From Vicugna vicugna (lineage: Eukaryota), in the NCBI GenBank assembly GCA_013265495.1, contig MU058781.1, positions 2,768,158 through 2,832,157 on the forward strand: 64,000 nt of DNA. Reading direction: 5' to 3'. A model generated the notes under the pieces. That model had not been told where the DNA came from, did no database searches, and saw only the letters and a list, made by a program, of their open reading frames with translations. Each line of letters opens with the position of its first letter. Positions within the stretch are counted from its first letter, which is position 1. A program made the position numbers and the translations under genes. Positions 50,520 to 64,000 of the stretch are shown one piece after another.

Positions 50520-51900
50520 GAGACCAACAGCAGGAACAGGATATCATGGTGACAGGACTTGGTGACAGGTGGATGTGAGTGAGAGGAAGCTTTCTACTTT
50601 GGGTTACTGGGTGACTGTAGTTCCATTTGATGAGACAAATAACATAGGGTGTGCAGGGAGTTTAGAAGCAAAATGATTAGTTCAGTCCTGGACATTCTGA
50701 ATTTGAGGTGTGGACAGAGCATCCAGATTGAGATGTCTGATAAGCAAATGGGGACAGGTGCTTAGGCCTAAGGATAGATTTGAGAGTTGAATGATTACGA
50801 GTAGTAGTTGAAGTCATGGGAGAAAATGGGTTCATTCAGTAGGCAGGCCAAGAGTGAGTAAAGAAAGTGTCTCAATAGTGACTTCAGAGTCCTGAAGTAT
50901 CACCCATCCCTGCTGCTTTGTGTAGCACTCTGTGGTGGCATGAATCTAATTACTAGCCTAATTTAAGAGCAGTGAATGTAGATCGGGCCTGAGTTAGTTA
51001 ATGGAGGTAGCAGGTTACATTTAGAATTATCTTGTAATCTGTCTGTGCCCAGGAAAATACACACATAATATGCTTCTACCCACCTGACGTGATGACCATG
51101 TGCTCTGCTCTTTACACTGTAATATACTGGAGAACAGTCACTCATTATTATTATGGCAATTTCTCTGTCTCATCATGGCCCCTTCACTCTTGTAATTCCC
51201 TTAACATGTGACTTCACATTCCACGACACTACAGAAGCTGTTATTTGGAAACTTTCAGTAACCCACACACAATATATTTAATGCCCTTTCCATAGTTTCA
51301 TCCTTTTCACTATTTGGACATTGGACTGTTGATCACATCCTTTGTTACGAAGTGCTCTCCTGTCTGTGGGAAGTTAATTCTGGTTATCCTTTCTCCTTCC
51401 CTGGTTCTACATCTTTCCCTGTGGGATCTTTGCAAATTTTAGACCTTGACCTTTGATTGTTCTGTTCTATGTTTTCTCTCTGGGATCTCAGTCAAACATC
51501 CCATAGCTTCACAGTCACCAAATCTGTGATCATCTCTGAGCATGCTTCTTCCCCCACAACCCCATTTGTCTTCTGAGCTTAAATTTCTGTTTCCTACCAG
51601 ATTCTGAGCAGTACCATTTGGATGTCATACTTTATCACTGTAACCCCAACATATTCTGAAACTGAATTCACCTCCTTTGCTCACGATACTGGCTCCTTTT
51701 CTTGACCTACCTATTTTCATTCATGGGAAATCAATGTGCTGAACCATGGAATTACCTTTAATTTTTCATTCTTTCTCTCAGCTATTTATCCAGCCAGCCA
51801 CTAAACTATATATAGATATTCTTCTCTTTAATGTCTCTTACATCTGTTTTCTTCCTTTTCTTTCCATTGCTATCACTTTGGCCAGGTCTTCAATAGCCCA
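50520..51900. mobile_element. Further L2 fragments (minus ~50520-50860; plus ~51160-51900)
   Basis: 'ttagttcagtcctggacattctgaatttgaggtg', 'catttggatgtc', 'ctgaaactgaattcacc'. Confidence 0.6.
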
Positions 51901-51904
51901 CATC

Positions 51905-52155
51905 TAGGGTAGCAGTGAGAGCACAGGCACTGGAGCTGGACCATCTATGTTTGGATTCAAGCTCTACTCTTTACTATGTAACCTTTACTAACTCATACCA
52001 TCTCTCTGCGTCTTCTTTTCCTCACCTGTCAGATGGAGATAATAATGATACTCACAGACTTGTTAGTGAATTAAATGAGTTGATATATGTAAACACAAAG
52101 AACAGTCCTGTCACATTTACAAAGGTATCAACATTGGGCATTATTATTATTATCA
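51905..52155 (+). mobile_element. MIRb SINE
   Basis: 'gagagcacaggcactggagctgg', 'ttcctcacctgtcagatggagataataa', 'gaattaaatgagttgatatatgtaaa'. Confidence 0.85.
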
Positions 52156-53046
52156 GTTTTTGCATAACTTTCTGACTGTTCTATCTGCCTCCTGACTATT
52201 CTTTTTTACAGCCTCTCAGTACATGTCCATCGTCTTCCTACAATACTTCCATCATGTCTCTCTCACTGAGGGTCTATAATGATTGCTATTTCCTTCCATT
52301 TACGAGAAAATTGTTCTACTTGTCTTTCAAGATCCTCCACAGCCTGGTGCCACCCTGAGTGGTAATCTTTATTTCTCAACCTCACAAACTTCATCTGTAG
52401 TTTAGCTTCCATTTCAAGCATTAAAAAAAGAGAGAAGCATGTATTATTTTACACAGACCCAGTTCACCTTCAGATCTAGTTTCCAATCCCTGTTCTGTGT
52501 GACCTGGAAGAAGTTACTTCATTTTTCTTCACCTGTACAAACTGGAGAGTTAACAATTCTGTATAGTGTTGTTATGAGTATGAAATAAAATGATACATAT
52601 TAGCTGCTTCAAGTCCCTATTGGAATGAGTCTGGATGTAAATAAAATACATTAATCAAATAAAGTATTATGAATGGAATGTAAAAAATGAGTTTGGAATG
52701 TGTGCAAACAAAAGGAATAAAATGCAAAGCACCTGAAAGTTATGTAAGTTTATGGAATGTATGTGAAGAGTTAGCATAAATCAGGCTAGCTCATTCCTAT
52801 GTTTTGCCTTAGTGAAAACTGCTACTTGTTTCTGAATTCTCATCTTAACCCTCTTAGCCCTCTAATGCCTTACCATCTTAAAAAGCCAACCCTGGCCTTG
52901 ATATTTGAAGGATGTCTTTTTTCAGTTCAGAGTTCTCTTTCTTCCTTATAATACCTACAAAACATATTGTCTAGACTGCTAATTTAGGATTTACTATGAA
53001 CTGCCTGGCATTGTTAGTCAATTTAATGTTGGCATGTTTAGTCTAT

Positions 53047-54130
53047 TCAGTTAGGTTACAATGTGTCGATTTCTGGTGTACAGCATAATGTCCCAGTCAT
53101 GCATTTATATACACATATATTTATTTTCATATTCTTTTTCATTAAAGGTTATTACAAGATATTGAATATAGTTCCCTGTGCTAGACAAAAGAAATATGTT
53201 TTTTAACTACTTTTATATATAGTGGTTATCATTTGCAAATCTCAAACTCCCAACTTTATCCCTTCCCACCCCCTTTCCCCTGGTAACCATAAAATTGTTT
53301 ACTATGTCTGTGAGTCTGTTACTGTTTTGTAGATGAGTACATTAGTGTCCTCTTTTTTCTTTTTTTTAGATTCCACATATGACTGATATAATATGGTATT
53401 TTTCTTTCTCTTTTGGGCTTACTTCACTTAGAATGACGATCTCCAGGTCCATCCATGTTGCTGCAAATAGCATTATTTTATTCTTTTTTATGGCTGAGTA
53501 GTATTCCATTGTATAAATGTACCACAATTTCTTTATCCAGTCATCTGTTGATGGACATTTAGGTTGCTTCCATGTCTTAGCTATTGTATATAGTGCTGTT
53601 ATTTGCACAGCAGAGGAACAAAAAGCAAAATAAAATGACAACCTACAGAATGGGAGAAAATATTTGCAAATGATGTGACTGACAAAGCTTTAATTTCTAG
53701 AACATATAAACATCTCATACACATTAATAACAAAAAAAACAAACAACCCAATCAAAAAATAGGCAAAAGGACCTAACCAAGCAATTCTCTAACAAAGACA
53801 TACAAATGGCCAAAAGGCACATGAAAAAATGCACGATATCGATAATTATCAGAGAAATGCAAATCAAAACTACAGTGAGGTATCACCTCACACCAGTCAG
53901 AAAAGCCATCACTAAAAAGTCCACAAATGATAAACGCCGGAGAGGGTGTGGAGAAAAGGGAACATTCCTACACTGCTGGTGGAAATGTAGTTTGGTGCAG
54001 CCATTATGGAAAACAGTATGGAGATTCCTCTAAAAACTAAAAATAGACTTGTCATATGATCCAGAAATCCCACTCCTAGGCATATATCCAGCGGGAACTC
54101 TAATTTGAAAAGATACATGCACCCCAATGT
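53047..54130 (-). mobile_element. L1 with 5' inversion: 3' end on minus strand (53047-53602), adjacent upstream ORF2 segment on plus strand (53603-54130)
   Basis: ORF 53366-53641(-) '[20 protein letters not shown]' and ORF 53806-54033(+) '[18 protein letters not shown]'. The two segments abut in L1 coordinates. Confidence 0.92.
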
Positions 54131-54567
54131 AATGTGTCTTTTTCTCTGGCTGCCTTCAGACTTGCTGTTCATCTTCAGCTTTTACAAGTTTGCATCTAAT
54201 GGGTTTAGATACTTATGTGTGTGTGGGTTGCCCTGTGGTTATTCTGCTTGAGGTTCTTTGAGATTCTTGGATTTGTGTTTTGATATTTTTTTTAGGTTTG
54301 GAAAGTTTTCAGCCATTATTTTCTCAGCCAGTGTCCACATTCTATCTCTTTGAAGGAGCCTGTTTCTACTTAGACTTCAGGCCTGTTGGTTGCCTTGAAA
54401 CTTCAGCTCCCTTAGGAGCTCAAGGAAAGTTCTTATATACAGTTTATCCAGTTTTTTTCTTGTTGTCAGAATGGAAGCAACACTGTTTCCTAGAAGGAAG
54501 TAGAATTCTCTTTGTTTGAATCAGAAATTTCCAAACAGTATCTGTTCAGTAAAGGAAACTGTCAAAA

Positions 54568-54996
54568 CTGTGAATGGTTTGAGATTTTACCCTGCTTGCA
54601 GGTTAACTTGGCAGCCTGCCTCTGTTTTATGGATGCTGGACAAAGACACAAGACTCCTGAACCCGACTAAGGTGATTTTGTAACTCCGAGCAGTAGGGCT
54701 ATGCAGAATACCATCACTTTTGTTCCCATTTTCCAAGCATCAGTTCTTATAGGGCAATAAACAGGGCCAGATAATACCTGTACATGCAGTGGGTTGTGTT
54801 ATAGGTGAACCCTGAGTTTAAGGAAACCAAATCTTTTATAATGGGCAGCAAGTATATTTGCCCTTTGCTGTGGAGGGAAATACTATTTCTTTCTTGTTTG
54901 CTGTGCAGATATCCTTGAAGAGGTACTCTTTAGAACAAAGGCAGTCAGTGCCTTTGCTCTCATGTGAGATACCTGTGGATAATTGTCTCCCAGTAG
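54568..54996. mobile_element. ERVL-class solo LTR (MER54/MER74 group-like)
   Basis: Recalled start 'tgtgaatggtttgagattttaccctgcttgcagg...tggatgctgg...agactcctg'. Exact family uncertain. Confidence 0.6.
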
Positions 54997-57145
54997 AGGT
55001 AGCATCACATGAGCTGATCTACTTTCTCAAGCCACATACCTAAACCAACTACATCAGTAACTCAGCTCTATATTTTGTGTCCCAGGACCTATTTTCATTC
55101 ATTTCAGTGATTTTTATTGCGGACCTCTCCTGTGCCAGCAAATGTGCCAAATGCTAAAGATACTAGAGTGAACAGAATAAATATGGTCCATATTTCTCTC
55201 AGTTGATACACTGAACAATTAAAGTTTTTCAGGGTTTTAACCAGCAATACAAAATCCCAAAAGGCCAACCTGCCTGTGACAGGAGAGTTTACGTATTCAG
55301 ACCATAATACCTGAATGCCATTTACATATACATCCTGAACTTGATCATAATTCCTTTTCTGTTATGTTTGTCCCTGTAGTAATTTTAATACCTGACTGTG
55401 AGGTTTTTAAAAGCTAGAATTGCATTCTATTATGCTCTACTTTGCTGTAACTCCTCACACACTTCATTATCACATAGGAGACATGAGAATTTCTTTTGTG
55501 AATTTGCCTTTAAAGGTGTCCTCTAAACCTCCCATGTTATTTCATTAGAAAATGATACTTCACTCAATTTTTCCATAGTACGGTAAAATGGCTAAATAAT
55601 TTTTACCTGGATGTCTGCCATATCAAAAAGCTTTGACTCATTAGGTATAACATGCAAATTCTGATATTTTATTTTCAGCAATCTTTACACTTCATAAAAT
55701 AGATACAGTGCTTCCGATTTCTGTATATGGAGGTGAGAGATAACAAAATTGAAGGAAGTTGAGATTTGCAAATGACTTGGAACCACATCTTGAACATTAT
55801 TTTTTTTAACCACATGTCCTTTTCAAAACAGATATAAAGTGTAATTTTTTTTTAATTGCCAGGAATAGGAATATGATGGCAATTCATTTCTGATAAAACA
55901 TCATGGGGTTATTTCCCCCAAAGAATGCCTTTGACCTAGACAAACCCAGCTAATTTTTTTTTAGCTTCCCCTTGATTTTTAAATTCCACATATGTATATG
56001 TATGTATATAAACATAATGAGATAGACAGATAAAGATATGTAATTTCAACTATATTCTTTATTCATCTATGCTTAATTTATGTGTCTTGAACAGATGTTT
56101 GTGTGCCTGGGATGTCTTGTCAGGATGCCTCTGTAAGTGTTGCCCTTTGAACCTAGGAATGATGTTTGACCAGCACACAACCTGGGAAGGGCCAGAGTTC
56201 AACCCTCAAGTCCGTGTGTGCTGCTTGTTTTAAACATGAAACTTGGCACTGAGTGTCCCCCTGTGCCGGGTTATTATTCTTGGAATGCAAAAGGTACATG
56301 TTTTTGTAATTCTCTGAGGAGCTCGTCTATAGCCTTTCCAGAACCTAAGTCAGATTTTGCTTCTAGGGCTGTGCTCCAAGGCCTAAAACCCATTTTTTAG
56401 CAGCTCACGGACACATGGGTGCTGTTTTCGAAATCCATATGGGCTTTCCTGTCTGATAGGGACTATTTAATAGTCTGAGTTACCACTACAGAAAGACACT
56501 AAGTGTATTTGTTCTTCCCTTGCTGCATGGAGGGTTCGGATTTCCAGCCAAAATACTGAAGCAGTTCTGGGGAGGAGGGTAGAGTAAACTCGCTGGCAAG
56601 TGAACTTTAGTCAGCATTTCTGAACTTCCGAAGAGTCCAGGTCAAAATTCATCGCAACCTCGGGTTTAGGAATAGTAAGTGAATGGTGCCTGCAACTACC
56701 TGTACAGCCCGAGTGAAGGAAATACAAAATAAAACACGGCACGTGCTACATTTACAGCTGGTATGTTGTTGAAAGAACATGAGTAGATTAAGGTTTGGGA
56801 TATTAAATTACACTTTAAATGGACTAGAAGAGCATATCAAAACAGCATTCCAATTGAGTTTTTTTTTTTAAACTTCCTTTTTTTTTTTAAAAGGACTACT
56901 TGGTATACATTTCATAATTCTTTGTTTTGGGAACTATGGCCTCACCTACCTGGAATTCACCTCTCCTGCAACCCCCTCACCAGCTCAAGAACATAACCAA
57001 AGTCAAAGGTATAACTGTAAGCTACAACCAGTATCACTGTTCATGCACTAAACCCAAGAGCATGACTCAGAGGCAAGCCCACCTTCAAGATCTATTTATT
57101 TGTCGTTCATGAACCAGTAAAAAAACTAGCTATTTTCTGTTTCTT

Positions 57146-57514
57146 GTTTAGATTAGTTGATCATGGTTGCCGTAACAAGCACCACAGACTGATTAAATGA
57201 AAGATGAATTAAACAAAAGAAATGTATTTGCTTGGACCTGGAAGCTGGAAAGTCCAAGATCAGGGCTGAGTTCATTCATTCTGAGCGGTTTCCCTTGGCT
57301 TGTAGATGGCTATCTTCTCCCTTTGTCTACACATGGTCTTTCCTCTGTGTGTGTGCTTGCCTGCGTCTAGATTTAGGGCCCATCTCTAGGACCTCGCCTA
57401 AATCAATCATCTCTTTAAAGACCTTATTTCCAAAAATAGTCATGTTCTGATGTACTAGCCATTAGGACTTCAATAAATATATGAATTTGGGGGGATTCAA
57501 TTCAGCCCATAACA
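57146..57514 (-). mobile_element. MaLR solo LTR (MLT1B/C-like)
   Basis: 'ggttgccgtaacaagcaccacagactg', 'aaagaccttatttccaaaaatagtc', and end 'aattcagcccataaca'. Confidence 0.85.
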
Positions 57515-60317
57515 TTATTCACAGCAGCCTTGAAGCAGAAAATAGAAACAGTGACTACAGAAAGATATGGCATTAATCAGGTGTATGATAGTAGCAATAA
57601 ACAATAACTCAAAGGCAAGAGAGAAGACAAATTTATTTTGAAAGCTCACGTCAGTATATGTAAAAGCACAAAAGTCTGGTGTTAATATCATGCATCTCTC
57701 AGCAAGTCCTAGATCATCTTGATGTAACTGCAGAATTATAACTGAAGCTTTGAGAAAAAAAGGTGACATGTTCATCATATAGAAGCAGCAATTTCTCAAA
57801 GAATGACAGACAGGAGTTTAAGTGCTAACACTATCACTTGGGACAAGTCACTTAAACTCTTAAGTATTTGTTTTCTCATTAGTATCTTGAGGGTGAAATT
57901 ATTTGTGCAATACCAACAATAAGAAAGCCATGTATGAGTAAGTGCTTCAAGCACTGTTAAGTATTCTTCAGGGAATAAGGTCTTAGATTCAACAAGAAGG
58001 CATGAAAATCTGTATTACAATTAAATAGGATCTTGATTTACATAGCAAAATGATCATGGATGAAAAATGTTAAAATTTTAATAAGACATATCCTTAGTTA
58101 TCTGGAAAATTGAATTTTAATAATAAAAACACTAAGTCAACATTTAGGAGCTCCCTAAACTAAGGGTTCATTGCAATGATCTTCCTTAAGACAGAGTGTA
58201 ATTGCTTGTTAAAATAACCAGTTGAGGTCCTTCCGACTAATTTTGCCCTGTATCCGAATTTAAGAAAATAGAAGCCAAAAGAAGTAATATCATGTAATAG
58301 AAAGATATCAGCTCTGTAAACCACAGATATCAGATACTTATTCAAATTCTGTCACTACCTTGAACTTCATTTTGTTTTTCTAGGTCAGTTTCCCCATACT
58401 TAAAGGTATAGAACTAGGTGGCTTCCATGGTGTCTTCTAATAGTAAAATTTACGAAAGGGACAGACTTTTCTATTTCCTTTGTTCTCACTTCATAGAATG
58501 GAGGAGATCTTAAAAAGAGATGGCCTCCACTTACTTACAACTGACATTACCCCCCACCAATATGTGGAGATGAGAAGGGTGGGGATATGAATCACCAGGA
58601 AGCCTGGTCTCCACCTACACAGCCATCTGTCTTGTCATGGTAACCTTGACTCTTTGAATCAGAGTGTTAGGTATCTGTCCTCTGGGTAGGCATTTCCAGG
58701 ATAACGCATGGTTGTCACACATGAATTTCATAATGGTTGCCATTTTAAGCTGCTAACTCTTCCTTAGAGAGGCACATACTCTGCCCTACTCTGTTGTGGG
58801 CATGCTAATCCCTGATATTCAGAAGAATCCAAATAACCTGACAAGTCACAACACATGTGCAGAGTGTGTCATGAAAATTTGCCTTTAAATGCTGTCAATA
58901 ATTTAGTAACTATAGGCAGCCCAGTGCCCTCAGCCTTTCCCTTTGTCCTCAGAAGAAAGTCCCTGTGCTAGATGGAAGCACAACAGACTCCACCAGGTGT
59001 TAAAAATAAATTCTTCAATCCCTCTTCCTAAAGCAGTTGAGGAGTTGAAGATGGCATCAGAAATGGTTAGCAAGCAAGCACTTTCTCAAGCTTTAAGTAA
59101 TCCAAGGTTGAACATAAGAAGATAACCTTCATTGAGTTTATGATCTAAGAGTGAAAGAACAGTGTGAAGTACTGATACGAGGGGTTTAGGAAAGAGGGCA
59201 ATGCTTCTGCAGCACAGCCTACAGGGATATAGATTTTGAAGTCCAATGGCAATTCAAATTTAACATATCAGCAACCAAACTCATTGTTTGCCACCTTCTC
59301 TCCCTAAACAAATCTGTATTTTGAGTCACTCAAGTCAGAATGTAACCTCCTATACCTAACCAGTAACTAAGACCTACTGATTCCATCTCCTAAATATTTC
59401 TCAAATTTATTTCATTCTCCCATTTGTATTGTCATCAGCCTAGTTAAATGTCTCTGCCTCTCTTCTTACCAACCTCTACATCATCCTTTGCACAATCAGA
59501 TTATTTTAATAAAGTGCAAATTTAACTATGTCACTTCTCTGCCTAAAACACTTACATATCCTCATTTTATTCCATAAAGTCCAGGCTATTCAGAAGTGTA
59601 TATAAGGCCTTCTGTCACCTAATCTTTGATATGTCCACTCTGCCCACTTCCTGTCCCATCTCCCATTCCCATCCTCCCATTTCTGGCTTTAAAACATGTT
59701 GATTCCAATCCATTTGTATTTCTTTACACATTGCTTTAACATACTTCATCTTAGAAAAGCAACATAAGTGTAAGTTTTATAGCTTAGGTATCTTACAATA
59801 ATTTTATTGATTTTCTGAAAAAAGTTCTGAATAAGTTTAAATGGTAAGTGACATTTTTTTCTCACCTTATTATCATTCACTAAACTGAGTCTTCAGGTTC
59901 ATTTTACAATGAAGATAGAACCCTGGATTAAAGAAAAGTAGCAATAGCCTTTATAAGCCAGCAAAGTATTCTCCATTATGATAATCTTTACACAATACCA
60001 GGCAAAGTTATAAGATAAATTGATTTACAAAATACAAGTTTAGAAATTGTAGAGAAACAATATAACAGTCATTAGAGAAGCCTTGTTTTGTGCAAGGCAT
60101 TTCTCTTTATAGGCATAAGCATAACTTATGTTGGGGTGGGATGGGGGAAGCGGTGGAAGAAAACATGAGCTACTGTCCATGGTCCTGATACAAAAATACA
60201 TGGTTGTTCTCTGTAGGCCATGTGCCTTCTTCTCCATTTCTGTCATCTTCCAGCACCCGACAGTTACAGCAATACTGCTAACTGGCTTTTTGAGTGAGTC
60301 AGTGATTTAAATGAATA

Positions 60318-60956
60318 CTGTTATAGGTTGAATTGTGTCCCTAAAGAATGTATGTTGAAGTCCTAACCTCCCAGAACATATGAATGTAATTTTATTTGGA
60401 AAAAGTGTCCTTGCAGATGTAATCGAGGTAACACGAGGTAACACTGGACTGATATCATTATAACAAGAGGGAAATTTGAACACAGACAGACAATGGGGAA
60501 GGTCATGTGAAAAGTGAAGCAGAGATTGTATAATTAATCTACAACTAAGGAACACCAAGGATTGCTGGCAAACACCAGAAACTAGAAGAGGCAAGGAAAG
60601 ATTTTCCACTTGAGAGACTTCAGCGAGAACATCATCCCACCGACAACTTGATTTCAGATTTCTAGCCTCCAGAACTTTGAAAGAATACAGTTGACCCTTG
60701 AGCAATGAAGGGGTTAGAAGCACCAACCAATCACACAATCAGAAGTCTGCATGTAACTTAATAGTGGCTCCTCCATATCCCTGGTTCTGTATGCATCCAA
60801 GGATTCAACCAACCATGGATAATGTAGTAGTGTAGTATGCATTTAGTTTTTAAAAATTTGCATATAAGTGGACCCATGCAGTCCAAACCCATGTTGTTAA
60901 AGGGTCCTCAGTACATTTCAGTGATAACTGTTATGGCAGCCCTAGGAGACTAATAT
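60318..60956 (+). mobile_element. MaLR solo LTR (MLT1B/C-like) interrupted by a Tigger
   Basis: Start 'tgttataggttgaattgtgtccc', end 'ggcagccctaggagactaatata'. Confidence 0.9.
60688..60911 (-). mobile_element. Tigger2a-type (Tc1/mariner-pogo) non-autonomous DNA transposon
   Basis: TIRs 'cagttgacccttgagcaa' and 'ttgttaaagggtcctcag', flanked by TA at 60686-60687 and 60912-60913. Confidence 0.85.
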
Positions 60957-62869
60957 AAATAAAATATAAATACTCCCTTGGGTTTTTTTGTTTGGTGTCT
61001 CTTTCCAGCCCCAAATCTTAGCTAATTATCCTTCTTTAAGCTCTAGGTTTAGTGGATTCATTAGTATGTATAAAGGATAATAGTGCTCATGACTAAAATA
61101 CGATAATGCCTACAAGTGAGGGAGATTACACTGTCTACATTTAGTTAAACTTTGGGTCTGTCTCCCATGGTACTTCTTTATTTCTGTTTCAGTTCAGGCA
61201 GCAGGGCAAGTATTTCTTTCACTTTAAGGAATAAAATAGCTCCATATTACTCAAAATTAGTGGTGATTAGTAGGTAATTTATAGAGATTTTGCTTTTCTA
61301 TTTTTCTTTTTTTGGATCTTCATTTCTTAGGTATTTCTCTGGACATTAGCAGTGATTAACATTTCTACTTACTGTTTTAAAGACACTGTGAGGCAAAGAA
61401 AGAATAGAAATTTTCCCTCAAAATGTCTTTTTTCCTGGGTCTCTTTTGCACTAGAGGAGAGACTTGTGAAGGAGCAGCCAGGGAAAGGGGTGGCATGTCA
61501 TAAATATGCTTTGCAAATTGTAAAGATTCTTTGAGACTTGGTTTCTCCTGACTGCAGTGAAAAAAGGTTGCTTTCTCCCACTACCATGAATACATTTAGT
61601 GACCAACAAAGTTATCTTCAAAAATTGTTTGTTTCTGTATGCCTCCCTGTTGTTGATGAGAACATAGAAGAATTCCTGCTTTCGTCATCTTTTCATCTGG
61701 GGTGTGTGTGACCAGGAGGCGTGTGCTCAATGTTCTGTGTGCTGATGTTATCAAGATATCCTATATGGCATAGTGTTGAAGAGTTTCCTGTTCCTTCAGA
61801 ACAGAACAGCCAGACTGAGTGTTCAGACAATTGTACTCTGGGTCAGTGATGCTGACAGGCTGCACATTAACGCAGAGGGAGCCTTTTGCATGACTGGCAA
61901 CACAACATCTAACTCTTGGATTGTTTTCATTCTTTTCTTTTTATAGGAGTGATATTTTTCCCATTGTCATTTTCCTATAGATTTCAAAGCACATTATCTA
62001 TCCCAGTGTAAATACAGATGATGTCTCTGGGGTCATCTTCCTGAGATGGATATTTCTGTAATGAATTTTGGGACTGACCTCTAAGTACATTATATAAACA
62101 GACTGACTTCACTGGAGTTGCTCTCAGGTCACAGCACTAATTTATTAGAATTTGATACACAATGAGAACTCCTGGAGGACTCATTTATTTTATTTTGATA
62201 ATTTGCAAATACATACAGTGAACCCATGTACTTCATTTCAAGATTATTTTCATTGTCACTAATTGAGACAGGGAGTATCTTGCAGATACTGGTTTTAACC
62301 TGTGAGATGTTAGTCCAGAATTCTGCCCTTTGCTTTAGGCTTCTATGAATAAGTGAAATAATTACTATTTTCTTGCCAAAACAGTTTGCCAGTGAATGAA
62401 TGACTTATTTAATAGAACTATTCCTATGGATCCTGTGTGAGTATGATGTTACTCTTTTGCGTAGGATTGTGGCTTTTGGATTAAGCAAAGAGGTCATGAC
62501 GACTTACAAGCAATAATTTTTGCTTTTATCAGCCATCTTTCTAAAACAAAACACCACGACATTTTTTTTCTGCTCAAAAACCTTTGTATTGCTGGCTCAA
62601 CTATTGAAATGCTTTGTCACTTACATCTCCCTCTGTTTGATCGTTCCTGTCTATAAAACAAGCAACAGAACATACAGTATTTTTTGCACTGGAAAGTTGA
62701 CTCTCCCCAGGGTGAAAATGACTTGTGTATAGTGACACAACTCATGCTCTGGGATGAGACAAACAAAAAAATTAATCTTGACTAACAGCCAGAAAAGTGG
62801 AAAAATAACTGACTTTATTTAATGATGACAGAGCTAGCTTATAAGGTTAGCATGGGGTAGATACCTAGA

Positions 62870-63190
62870 AGATTCTGATATAACCTGGATATTTAATTTT
62901 AGCAAGGCATTTGGCAAAATCTTATAATACGCTTATGGACAAAATTCACAGTGGCTGTTGCACAAGTTTACATTTAAACTGTATTAACAGAAGCATAATA
63001 TTTGTAACAAAGTACATATTGATCCCACTCAGACCCGTCTTAGTCAGAACTTTCTTGGAGTTGTGTGCTCAGTTCTGGGTACCACACTTTAAGAAGATGC
63101 TGACTACATGGATTGTATTTAGATAAGAGACACTAGAATGGTGAAAAGATTCAAACTCAAGACATTTCAAGGAAGGCAGAGTAAATTTAG
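62870..63190 (+). mobile_element. CR1/L3 LINE ORF2 relic (3' end probably resumes at ~63835-63960)
   Basis: 'tatttaattttagcaaggcatttggcaaa' resembles YLDFSKAFDK. ORF 62911 'LVRTFLELCAQFWVPHFKK' resembles CR1 LVRPHLEYCVQFWAPHFKK. Confidence 0.8.
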
Positions 63191-63405
63191 AATATTTCGC
63201 TTATAAGTCAGAACTGGGTTCGTCACATCATTTTTCTAGCTGTGTGGGAGGTCGATAATTTGTTAAACCCATCTGAATTTTAATTTCATGATATGTAAAG
63301 GGAAGATGATGATGATGATGATAAATATAATATATATAAAATAATAATAATCCTCTACCTTAAGAGGATTAAAAGACAGGCATTAAAACTACCTGGCAGA
63401 CAATA

Positions 63406-63787
63406 GGTTTATGCACTGAATGTTTGCATCCCTTTAAATTCTTCGGTTGAAATCCTAATCCTCAGTGTGATGGTATTTGGAGGCAGGACCTTTGGGAAGT
63501 AACTGGATTTAGATGAGGTTATGAGTACGGCATCCTCATGATGGGATAAGTGCCCTTAGAAGAAGAGGAAGATGCATGAGACCTGTGCACACGAAGGAAA
63601 GACCATGTGAGGACACAAAGAGAAGGTGGCCATCTATAAGGCAGAAAGAGAGCCCTCCCTGAGAACCAAATCTGCTGGTGCCTTGACCCTGGATGCCCTA
63701 GATTCCAGAACTGTGAGAAAATAAACATCTGTTGCTCAAATCCAGTCTATGGTATTTTTTTCATAGCAGCCTGACCTGACTAAGATA
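63406..63787 (+). mobile_element. MaLR solo LTR (MLT1A-like) within a MIR
   Basis: 'ctgaatgtttgcatccc', 'gtgatggtatttggagg', 'ccagaactgtgagaaaataaa', and end 'gactaagata'. Confidence 0.9.
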
Positions 63788-64000
63788 GTAGGTACCATTA
63801 TTTCAAAGAATTAGAAGTAATACTGAGAAGATCCTGGGAGGTAGTTTTGCTTCACTGTAAAGAAGGGCTTTCTTGTATTCAAGGCATTCTAACAAGAGAG
63901 TGGGGGAGTAAATTCCTTCTGGCTGAAGTGTTCAGAGTCTGTATGGTAACCTGATTGATCTGTGTAACCTTTCCACCCATCTCCCTGTACTGGCTCAAAC

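Noticed and set aside
1..64000. CRISPR array, operon, or other prokaryotic or novel multi-gene system
   Set aside because: The sequence is mammalian repeat-rich DNA, with no regularly spaced repeat-spacer array and no long ORFs other than L1.

Overview
Mammalian genomic DNA, AT-rich and repeat-dense, that looks intergenic or intronic. Two tRNA-Ala-like SINEs of the Vic-1 type suggest a camelid. I find no intact protein-coding gene. Most of the window is interspersed repeats: L1 of several ages, L2, MIR, CR1/L3, MaLR/ERVL LTRs, and MER5A and Tigger2-type DNA transposons. Most interesting observations: (1) a heavily decayed, intronless SNX29-like RUN-domain pseudogene on the minus strand at ~3.95-4.91 kb; (2) a probable Gypsy-type relic with integrase tail, polypurine tract and LTR at ~6.25-7.8 kb; (3) a young L1 with a perfect 37-bp fold-back duplication separating a decayed 5' part from a fully open 468-codon 3' ORF2; (4) a twin-primed, 5'-inverted L1 at 53.0-54.1 kb; (5) a 135-bp, ~95% identical direct repeat; (6) candidate non-coding exons downstream of a CpG-richer patch at 13.2-13.8 kb. 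Repeat family names and protein similarities come from recalled consensus sequences, not searches. I see no evidence of a novel multi-gene system.
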